A program made the translations under genes and the position numbers. Below are positions 21,201 to 33,200 of a DNA stretch of 64,000 nt, one piece after another; the first letter of the stretch is position 1; the number at the start of each line of letters is the position of its first letter. Location of the stretch: the NCBI GenBank assembly GCA_044892505.1, contig CM097884.1, forward strand, positions 29,636,001-29,700,000. Reading direction: 5' to 3'. A model generated the notes under the pieces. That model did no database searches and was not told the DNA's origin. It worked only from the letters and a program-made list of their open reading frames with translations. The DNA is from Schmidtea nova. Its lineage: Eukaryota.

Positions 21201-24200
21201 ACGGAATATAATTCTAAATTAGACGATATTTCCTTAGACAATGGCAACCCAATTGAAGAAAATTTCGATTTGGAAAAAGAACATATAAAAGACAGATTAG
21301 AATCAGAAAACGAATTTGATAAAAGCAGAAAGACTTTAGGCATTAACAAAGAAAGTCAAACGATTGGAGAAGAAAGTCAATTAGAAAAAGAAAAATTCAT
21401 CAAGATTGTTATGAAGGAAAATCAAGAAAATTATGAGGTAATATTTCTTAAATATAATAAATTATAATTAAAAAAGATTTAGAGAATAAATATTTAGAAA
21501 AATAATAAAATATAACGAAAATAATTATACAAAACATACTTAAAAGCAAATATTAAAAAAGAAAACTTTAAATTGATTTGAAATTAAAGAAAAAACACAT
21601 ATATATATGTGTGTGTGTGTGTTTTTCTTTTTTTCTTTAATTTCAAATCAATTTAATTTATATATATGTAAAAGAATCGAAATAAAAAATGAAATATTAT
21701 AAAAATGAAATAAAATAATTGTTTTGAATGATTTTTTTTAATATTTTATTACGCTTTTAAGAAAAAGAATATAACAATGAAATAAAATAAAAAATAAAAC
21801 AGAATCCACTGTAATTTAATAAAATTTTTGAAGCAAAAATTAGAAAAAAACAAAAAATAAAATAAAGAAAATTAACGAGTAAAGAAAATTAAATTGAAAA
21901 CTTTAATAAAATAGTAACTAAATATAATATACATCAACTAAATACGAAATAGCTGACCAATTCATGTAATTCCATCTTTGCTTAAAGTAAAATTGAGAAT
22001 AAAGTCAAAAAAAATAATTAATCTAAAAAATTATAAAATGTATTCAGGCATGGAAATTTTACTACATTTGTTTTATGGAAGGAAAGATTATTGATTAAAG
22101 AAAATCAAAAGATATTTATCACCATTTTGAAGTAATATTTTATCATATTTTACCAATAGAAAAACATTAGAACAACAAAATGTTGATTAAATTTAAGAAT
22201 ATAGTAAATTATTTCGTAACTTGATAATATAAAAATAACAAAGCATATGAAAAAAATTTACACAACGTCAATAAACTTTCACGTTTTCTTTGGATAAGAA
22301 ATTCGAAATATGTCACCTTGAAATATGATTGAGACGATATTCCTTTTTTACTTCAATGCGTGGTTTCTTGAATTTTCTAAATATTTTACGTTAAAATATA
22401 TAGTTTTTTAAAACTTTTTCTCCTACGACCAACTGATAATATATTAAAGAAGAGCTGGTTTCGATACCACTCTCAGCCCCATCAATAATTGCGGGTATGC
22501 CATCATATTAATTTTTGTAATTTAAAGTTTCTTTACCGGTGCCACTCTAACAAGCAATTTTCCAGCAAGTCAGATCTGACACTTTGACTTTTTTTCCACC
22601 GTGATTGATTAAATTACCCTGATAATTATTGAGATTCATTTTTTTGTATTCTATCTGCAGTACCTTAAAGGGAACCCAAATGAATTATACCACTTTATTT
22701 GTTATAAATTGTCAATTTGCCACCAATTGAAAGTTTTTATCTTAACCAAACATGATTTTTACATTTTTTGCAATATTAATTATTTTTTTATATTCTCTAT
22801 TTCTTTTTAATTTTGTGTGATAATGTATAAGTCCAATAAAATGATGATAATTTTACTTTTTCAACTTTATTAACTGATAATTAAATAAAATTGTATTTAT
22901 AAAAATATTTTGAAATCGACGTTACCTTAATTTGACAATATTGTGTTGCAAATCGTGAATACAAATAATATCTTACGTAAAAATTTGTTCAGCCAATGGG
23001 AATATAATTAAATTTGTTGTATCTAATGAAATATTTAAATGAAGATTATTGACTATAAAAATTCGATTTGCTTCTTTAAATGTTACAAATATGGGTTTTA
23101 ATAAAATAAAATTACACAGAGGTTGCCTTTGAGTTGCAAGTTCTTAAATAATTATTAAAATCGTAATAATAAAACAATAAAAACGAATTTTAAAATTTAT
23201 TAAAAGTAGTTAAATGAATATTAATGCTAATTTAAATGCAATCTTCAATTCAAATGTAAATCGTTTCATTAAATTCAGATTAAAACTGAAAACATTGCAG
23301 TGGAGTCGAATCTCCCTGAATTGGTGGAAACAATTTTGGAATATGAGACAAGAAAAAGAGATAAGTCAACAGAATTCCGAACTGACATGATTGAAATGAA
23401 GAGCGAATTTTCGAAAGACACTCAAATAGTTGAAATAGATATCGGAAGCGTTAAAGACCGAAGAGATTTTAGTAAATACGCTCAAAGTCAACTAATAGAA
23501 GTAGGAACTGAAACATACGGAGATAAACATGAAGTATTAGTGAATGTTTTAACGAGCTATGAAGTGAAGTCAAAGGTTATCAACACATTAACAGATTTTA
23601 AGTTCGAAATGGTAGACTGTTGGAATTTTTCAGATGGAAAATGCGAAGAAAAATTGTCAGAAATCGCAATTGAAAGTACAACTAAAACAGTAGACAGTTC
23701 TAGCGAATATACAATAAAACTAACTGAAGTTCAAGCTAATGAATCAAAAGAATACTTTGATATTAGTATGGAAACGTTGCTCGTTGAAGTTGTCAATGAA
23801 TCAACAAGTTGCGAAGTGATTTGTAAATCTATTGAATGTGAAAGAACAGAATTAGTAGAAGAAGAAATAGTTGCAAAGACTAGTGAAGAAGAAAGAGCTG
23901 ACGTAAAAATGACAGAAGATGAGTGCATAGCTAGTGAAAAAGTGATGAGAAATATTGGAACAACTGCAAAATGTTCGATGATTGACATGATTTCAAATAA
24001 AGAAATAGATTTCAGTGAAAGCAGTTACGAAACCGAATACAGAGAGACTTATGAAAATAAATTATTTGAAACTGAACAGAGGAAACTCAAGACAATGGTA
24101 GCGACATCTGAGATTAAGTCTTGTTCCATTGATATTCAATTCGAAAGTAAAATATTTGATGTTCTATCTGAAACTGGAATCGAGTTCAAATCTTTGGTGA

Positions 24201-27200
24201 AAGATTCATCACATCATTTTGAGGTAAACTATTTTCATATATTTATCAAAGAACAATTTTCGATAAAATCTTGATTAAATTTAAGAATCAATCGTAAAAC
24301 CTTTCATAATTTCACAATACAAAAAACCATATCTTTTGCATGTGTGCATTAAGAAAATAATTGTTTTTTTAATTACATAAACAAATTGTAAATTGACATG
24401 ATATAAAAATTGAAATCTGTCCCCTTCATATATGATCGTTGAGTAATTTGAACAAAAAATCAAAATCAATTATATTATAATAATTATACATTTTCAACTT
24501 TATTAACTGATAATGAAATAAAATTGTATTTATAAAAATATTTTGAAATCGACGTTGACTTAATTTGACAATATTGTGTTGCAAATCGTGAATACAAATA
24601 ATATCTTACGTAAAAATTTGTTCAGCCAATGGGAATATAATTAAATTTGTTGTATCTAATGAAATATTTAAATGAAGATTATTGACTATAAAAATTCGAT
24701 TTGCTTCTTTAAATGTTACAAATATGGGTTTTAATAAAATAAAATTACACAGAGGTTGCCTTTGAGTTGCAAGTTCTTAAATAATTATTAAAATCGTAAT
24801 AATAAAACAATAAAACGAATTTTAAAATCATTAAAAGTAGTTAAATGAATATTAATGTTAATTTAAATGCAATCTTCAATTCAAATGTAAATGGTTTCAT
24901 TAAATTCAGATTAAAACTGAAAACATTGCAGTGGAGTCGAATCTCCCTGAATTGGTGGAAACAATTTTGGAATATGAGACAAGAAAAAGAGATAAGTCAA
25001 CAGAATTCCGAACTGACATGATTGAAATGAAGAGCGAATTTTCGAAAGACACTCAAATAGTTGAAATAGATATCGGAAGCGTTAAAGACCGAAGAGATTT
25101 TAGTAAATACGCTCAAAGTCAACTAATAGAAGTAGGAACTGAAACATACGGAGATAAACATGAAGTATTAGTGAATGTTTTAACGAGCTATGAAGTGAAG
25201 TCAAAGGTTATCAACACATTAACAGATTTTAAGTTCGAAATGGTAGACTGTTGGAATTTTTCAGATGGAAAATGCGAAGAAAAATTGTCAGAAATCGCAA
25301 TTGAAAGTACAACTAAAACAGTAGACAGTTCTAGCGAATATACAATAAAACTAACTGAAGTTCAAGCTAATGAATCAAAAGAATACTTTGATATTAGTAT
25401 GGAAACGTTGCTCGTTGAAGTTGTCAATGAATCAACAAGTTGCGAAGTGATTTGTAAATCTATTGAATGTGAAAGAACAGAATTAGTAGAAGAAGAAATA
25501 GTTGCAAAGACTAGTGAAGAAGAAAGAGCTGACGTAAAAATGACAGAAGATGAGTGCATAGCTAGTGAAAAAGTGATGAGAAATATTGGAACAACTGCAA
25601 AATGTTCGATGATTGACATGATTTCAAATAAAGAAATAGATTTCAGTGAAAGCAGTTACGAAACCGAATACAGAGAGACTTATGAAAATAAATTATTTGA
25701 AACTGAACAGAGGAAACTCAAGACAATGGTAGCGACATCTGAGATTAAGTCTTGTTCCATTGATATTCAATTCGAAAGTAAAATATTTGATGTTCTATCT
25801 GAAACTGGAATCGAGTTCAAATCTTTGGTGAAAGATTCATCACATCATTTTGAGGTAAACTATTTTCATATATTTATCAAAGAACAATTTTCGATAAAAT
25901 CTTGATTAAATTTAAGAATCAATCGTAAAACCTTTCATAATTTCACAATACAAAAAACCATATCTTTTGCATGTGTGCATTAAGAAAATAATTGTTTTTT
26001 TAATTACATAAACAAATTGTAAATTGACATGATATAAAAATTGAAATCTGTCCCCTTCATATATGATCGTTGAGTAATTTGAACAAAAAATCAAAATCAA
26101 TTATATTATAATAATTATACATTTTCAACTTTATTAACTGATAATGAAATAAAATTGTATTTATAAAAATATTTTGAAATCGACGTTGACTTAATTTGAC
26201 AATATTGTGTTGCAAATCGTGAATACAAATAATATCTTACGTAAAAATTTGTTCAGCCAATGGGAATATAATTAAATTTGTTGTATCTAATGAAATATTT
26301 AAATGAAGATTATTGACTATAAAAATTCGATTTGCTTCTTTAAATGTTACAAATATGGGTTTTAATAAAATAAAATTACACAGAGGTTGCCTTTGAGTTG
26401 CAAGTTCTTAAATAATTATTAAAATCGTAATAATAAAACAATAAAAACGAATTTTAAAATTTATTAAAAGTAGTTAAATGAATATTAATGCTAATTTAAA
26501 TGCAATCTTCAATTCAAATGTAAATGGTTTCATTAAATTCAGATTAAAACTGAAAACATTGCAGTGGAGTCGAATCTCCCTGAATTGGTGGAAACAATTT
26601 TGGAATATGAGACAAGAAAAAGAGATAAGTCAACAGAATTCCGAACTGACATGATTGAAATGAAGAGCGAATTTTCGAAAGACACTCAAATAGTTGAAAT
26701 AGATATCGGAAGCGTTAAAGACCGAAGAGATTTTAGTAAATACGCTCAAAGTCAACTAATAGAAGTAGGAACTGAAACATACGGAGATAAACATGAAGTA
26801 TTAGTGAATGTTTTAACGAGCTATGAAGTGAAGTCAAAGGTTATCAACACATTAACAGATTTTAAGTTCGAAATGGTAGACTGTTGGAATTTTTCAGATG
26901 GAAAATGCGAAGAAAAATTGTCAGAAATCGCAATTGAAAGTACAACTAAAACAGTAGACAGTTCTAGCGAATATACAATAAAACTAACTGAAGTTCAAGC
27001 TAATGAATCAAAAGAATACTTTGATATTAGTATGGAAACGTTGCTCGTTGAAGTTGTCAATGAATCAACAAGTTGCGAAGTGATTTGTAAATCTATTGAA
27101 TGTGAAAGAACAGAATTAGTAGAAGAAGAAATAGTTGCAAAGACTAGTGAAGAAGAAAGAGCTGACGTAAAAATGACAGAAGATGAGTGCATAGCTAGTG

Positions 27201-30200
27201 AAAAAGTGATGAGAAATATTGGAACAACTGCAAAATGTTCGATGATTGACATGATTTCAAATAAAGAAATAGATTTCAGTGAAAGCAGTTACGAAACCGA
27301 ATACAGAGAGACTTATGAAAATAAATTATTTGAAACTGAACAGAGGAAACTCAAGACAATGGTAGCGACATCTGAGATTAAGTCTTGTTCCATTGATATT
27401 CAATTCGAAAGTAAAATATTTGATGTTCTATCTGAAACTGGAATCGAGTTCAAATCTTTGGTGAAAGATTCATCACATCATTTTGAGGTAAACTATTTTC
27501 ATATATTTATCAAAGAACAATTTTCGATAAAATCTTGATTAAATTTAAGAATCAATCGTAAAACCTTTCATAATTTCACAATACAAAAACCATATCTTTT
27601 GCATGTGTGCATTAAGAAAATAATTGTTTTTTTAATTACATAAACAAATTGTAAATTGACATGATATAAAAATTGAAATCTGTCCCCTTCATATATGATC
27701 GTTGAGTAATTTGAACAAAAAATCAAAATCAATTATATTATAATAATTATACATTTTCAACTTTATTAACTGATAATGAAATAAAATTGTATTTATAAAA
27801 ATATTTTGAAATCGACGTTGACTTAATTTGACAATATTGTGTTGCAAATCGTGAATACAAATAATATCTTACGTAAAAATTTGTTCAGCCAATGGGAATA
27901 TAATTAAATTTGTTGTATCTAATGAAATATTTAAATGAAGATTATTGACTATAAAAATTCGATTTGCTTCTTTAAATGTTACAAATATGGGTTTTAATAA
28001 AATAAAATTACACAGAGGTTGCCTTTGAGTTGCAAGTTCTTAAATAATTATTAAAATCGTAATAATAAAACAATAAAAACGAATTTTAAAATTTATTAAA
28101 AGTAGTTAAATGAATATTAATGCTAATTTAAATGCAATCTTCAATTCAAATGTAAATGGTTTCATTAAATTCAGATTAAAACTGAAAACATTGCAGTGGA
28201 GTCGAATCTCCCTGAATTGGTGGAAACAATTTTGGAATATGAGACAAGAAAAAGAGATAAGTCAACAGAATTCCGAACTGACATGATTGAAATGAAGAGC
28301 GAATTTTCGAAAGACACTCAAATAGTTGAAATAGATATCGGAAGCGTTAAAGACCGAAGAGATTTTAGTAAATACGCTCAAAGTCAACTAATAGAAGTAG
28401 GAACTGAAACATACGGAGATAAACATGAAGTATTAGTGAATGTTTTAACGAGCTATGAAGTGAAGTCAAAGGTTATCAACACATTAACAGATTTTAAGTT
28501 CGAAATGGTAGACTGTTGGAATTTTTCAGATGGAAAATGCGAAGAAAAATTTGAAAAAAACTAAAATAGAAGACAGTACTAGCGAATATACAATAAAATT
28601 ATAAAAACCATATCTTTTGCATGTCTACTCTAACCTTCATCCTTTGAAATGTAAATTTTACATTGTATGTGCAAAGAGTTAATCTTACCTCATATTTCAA
28701 TGAGTGGATTTCAGTCGACTCTAAATACAAGTAGTTAAACTGAAAGATATAATATATTTTTTTAGAAATTTTTAAATTTTTAAGATATTCCTTTTATTGA
28801 TTCGTATGTAATGCGATAGATGAGGCCTTTCAGGTTGCTTTGCATATTTAATTAATGTTAAACTTCTTACGTCGCGAAGTATATTTACTGGGGTTCAGTG
28901 GTTTCGAAATGAACATAACTAAATGTATGAAATCATTTTTTTTTAATTACACAAATAAATTTACAATTATCATGTTATAAAAAATCGAAAAGTGTATAGT
29001 TGTTGAATAATTTTCTTTAACACCATTTTGAAATTTCTTTTTTAATTTTATAATATATCTTTTTAATTTATGAATTTATAATATTAATATGTTTATATAT
29101 TATATAATTATAAATAGTTTGAAAATTATATTTTGCAAAAACCTTTCAATAACAGAAATCTTTTATTAATGAATTGTTTTATTAAATTACTAACTCAAAT
29201 ATATGATAATACTTTCGATTTATCATAAACAGTTAAATTTTATATGCATAATCGATTATATCTTCATAGTTCCAAAGTTTAACTTTATCTACATAGTTTT
29301 AAATGAATTATTTCTTGGAAGTTAATTAAACTGGTAAATGTTACGTACAATTGAAATGTAAGTGTTATATTTAGGAATTCAATAATTAGTGTAGTCGATT
29401 AAATCAATCAATTTATTTACCAATGAATAAAAAAAAATTCTTATTTAAATATAGTATATTGATATATTTTAATTGAAAATTAAATAATGTTTTATCTTTT
29501 TTCTCTAGTTACTAGAATTTTATAGAAAAATTATTTAAATACTAAAACATCTATAAAATTATGAATTATTAAAAGACATAAAATAAAGAAGTTACTTATT
29601 TCTAAAATTGGTAAAATCAATTATTAACTAAAAACTGGTTCATGAATATATAATCTTTTTAATAACTTTAATTACTCTTGTTTATTTGTTAACCTCTTCA
29701 TTGCATTATTATTTCTTAGATTTATTAATTTACAAAATATTTCGAGTCATTTTTAGAACTGTTTTCTTGTGTTTAGATTAAATTTGAAAACATTGCAACT
29801 GAAACTGGAATAACAGAATTGATACATACGAGCTTGGAAAAAGATACAAAAGCTTCAAATAAGTTAACTGACTATAGAGCAGAGGCCATTGACATGAGCA
29901 ATGAATCATTCAAAGATAGTGAAATTGTAGAAGTTTCTTTCGAAAAACTCAAAGACACAGTTGACTTTAGCGGTAGTGTAGAAAGTAAAATGATTGAAGT
30001 AGGAACAGAAACTTTCGGAGAAAAGCATAATGTATTCATCGATACGCTTACAAGTCATGAAGCTGAAATTAAATTCGAAGAAACATTGACTGAGTTCATG
30101 TGTGAGTCGGTAAATAAAGAAAGCAGTTTTGAATGCAAATCAATTGAAGAAACCTGGAGTCAAGTTGGTGCAAAGGCAGTCGAAGTTGGTTCAGAATTCA

Positions 30201-33200
30201 GAAGCGTGATTGTAGAATGTTCAAGTGAATATACAATTAGTATGAGAGAAAGTCAGGTAGACCAAGCAATAGCAACTGAAGAAGTCGGTGTAATGACAGT
30301 AGAATTAGTAGTGATAGATGAGTCATCGGTGTTTGAATTGAGGTGCTGCACAGTTGAATGTGAAACTGTAGAAATCGTAGAAGAAATAATTCCTTTAGAG
30401 GCAAAGGAAGAGGAATCAGAAAGATTGTTAATTGAGAATGAAAGTGTAAGCTGGGAGATTCCAATGCTAGATATTGCTACTACAACAGTTAATCCGACAT
30501 TAGAAGATATTAGCACAGAAAATGTAATTGAGCATGTTGAATATAGTGGTGAATGGTGCCGAGAAATTAAGCATGAAAGTGAAATGTTTGAAACAGAGAA
30601 ATCAGGTTACTCAACAACGATCGTATCATCAGATGAAGACATTAAATATTGCTCAGTTGAAATACAATTCGAAGAAACAAAGTCTCGCAACATAGAATCT
30701 GGCTACGAAATCAAGTCAACAATGAAAGAATGTTACAGCGAAACAGAGGTAAATAAAATGAATTCATTTTTACAAATAATGTCACTTAATCACTGCCTAA
30801 AATCTATTATGATGTCTTTAAAGATAAATACTGTTTTGAAACCTTTATCATAATCTTTTATTTTATAATCATATTTTAACATTGTTTATTTGTTAACCTC
30901 TTCATTGCATTATTATTTCTTAGATTTATTAATTTACAAAATATTTCGAGTCATTTTTAGAACTGTTTTCTTGTGTTTAGATTAAATCTGAAAACATTGC
31001 AACTGAAACTGGAATAACAGAATTGACACATACGAGCTTGGAAAAAGATACAAAAGCTTCAAATAAGTTAACTGACTATAGAGCAGAGGCCATTGACATG
31101 AGCAGTGAATCATTCAAAGATAGTGAAATTGTAGAAATTTCTTTCGAAAAACTCAAAGACACAGCTGACTTCGGTAGTAGTGTAGAAAGTAAAATGATTG
31201 AAGTAGGAACAGAAACTTTCGGAGAAAAGCATAATGTATTCATCGATACGCTTACAAGTCATGAAGCTGAAATTAAATTCGAAGAAACATTGACTGAGTT
31301 CATGTGTGAGTCGGTAAATAGTGAAAGCAGTTTTGAATGCAAATCAATTGAAGAAAGCTGGAGTCAAGTTGGTGCAAAGGCAGTTGAAGTTGGTTCAGAA
31401 TTCAGAAGCGTGATTGTAGAATGTTCAAGTGAATATACAATTAGTATGAGAGAAAGTCAGGTAGACCAAGCAATAGCAACTGAAGAAGTCGGTGTAATGA
31501 CAGTAGAATTAGTAGTGATAGATGAGTCATCGGTGTTTGAATTGAGGTGCTGCACAGTTGAATGTGAAACTGTAGAAATCGTAGAAGAAATAATTCCTTT
31601 AGAGGCAAAGGAAGAGGAATCAGAAAGATTGTTAATTGAGAATGAAAGTTTAAGCTGGGAGATTCCAATGCTAGATATTGCTACTACAACAGTTAAGCCG
31701 ACATTAGAAGATATTAGCACAGAAAATGTAATTGAGCATGTTGAATATAGTGGTGAATGGTGCCGAGAAATTAAGCATGAAAGTGAAATGTTTGAAACAG
31801 AGAAATCAGGTTACTCAACAACGATCGTATCATCAGATGAAGACATTAAATATTGCTCAGTTGAAATACAATTCGAAGAAACAAAGTCTCGCAACATAGA
31901 ATCTGGCTACGAAATCAAGTCAACAATGAAAGAATGTTACAGCGAAACAGAGGTAAATAAAATGAATTCATTTTTACAAATAATGTCACTTAATCACTGC
32001 CTAAAATCTATTATGATGTCTTTAAAGATAAATACTGTTTTGAAACCTTTATCATAATCTTTTATTTTAAATTCATATTTTAACATAGTTTATTTGTTAA
32101 CCTCTTCATTGCATTATTATTTCTTAGATTTATTAATTTACAAAATATTTCGAGTCATTTTTAGAACTGTTTTCTTGTGTTTAGATTAAATCTGAAAACA
32201 TTGCAACTGAAACTGGAATAACAGAATTGATACATACGAGCTTGGAAAAAGATACAAAAGCTTCAAATAAGTTAACTGACTATAGAGCAAAGGCCATTGA
32301 CATGAGCAGTGAATCATTCAAAGATAGTGAAATTGTAGAAGTTTCTTTCGAAAAACTCAAAGACACAGCTGACTTCGGTAGTAGTGTAGAAAGTAAAATG
32401 ATTGAAGTAGGAACAGAAACTTTCGGAGAAAAGCATAATGTATTCATCGATACGCTTACAAGTCATGAAGCTGAAATTAAATTCGAAGAAACATTGACTG
32501 AGTTCATGTGTGAGTCGGTAAATAGTGAAAGCAGTTTTGAATGCAAATCAATTGAAGAAACCTGGAGTCAAGTTGGTGCAAAGGCAGTTGAAGTTGGTTC
32601 AGAATTCAGAAGCGTGATTGTAGAATGTTCAAGTGAATATACAATTAGTATGAGAGAAAGTCAGGTAGACCAAGCAATAGCAACTGAAGAAGTCGGTGTA
32701 ATGACAGTAGAATTAGTAGTGATAGATGAGTCATCGGTGTTTGAATTGAGGTGCTGCACAGTTGAATGTGAAACTGTAGAAATCGTAGAAGAAATAATTC
32801 CTTTAGAGGCAAAGGAAGAGGAATCAGAAAGATTGTTAATTGAGAATGAAAGTTTAAGCTGGGAGATTCCAATGCTAGATATTGCTACTACAACAGTTAA
32901 GCCGACATTAGAAGATATTAGCACAGAAAATGTAATTGAGCATGTTGAATATAGTGGTGAATGGTGCCGAGAAATTAAGCATGAAAGTGAAATGTTTGAA
33001 ACAGAGAAATCAGGTTACTCAACAACGATCGTATCATCAGATGAAGACAATAAATATTGCTCAGTTGAAATACAATTCGAAGAAACAAAGTCTCGCAACA
33101 TAGAATCTGGCTACGAAATCAAGTCAACAATGAAAGAATGTTACAGCGAAACAGAGGTAAATAAAATGAATTCATTTTTACAAAAAATGTCACTTAATCA

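Larger units (their letters stand above)
22858..28620 (+). repeat. Type-A tandem array (exon + intron), about 3.5 copies, period 1631-1633 bp
   Basis: Near-identical exon and intron sequence recurs at offsets 1631, 1633 and 1632. Confidence 0.95.

Noticed and set aside
22300-22800. Slightly GC-richer intronic segment as a hidden gene
   Set aside because: No sustained ORF or recognisable motif on either strand.
30912-30980. Alternative acceptors inside the type-B intron (TTCTTAG, TTTTTAG)
   Set aside because: Their use would shift the frame or include the in-frame TAG at the main acceptor. The distal AG gives the frame homologous to the type-A exon start.
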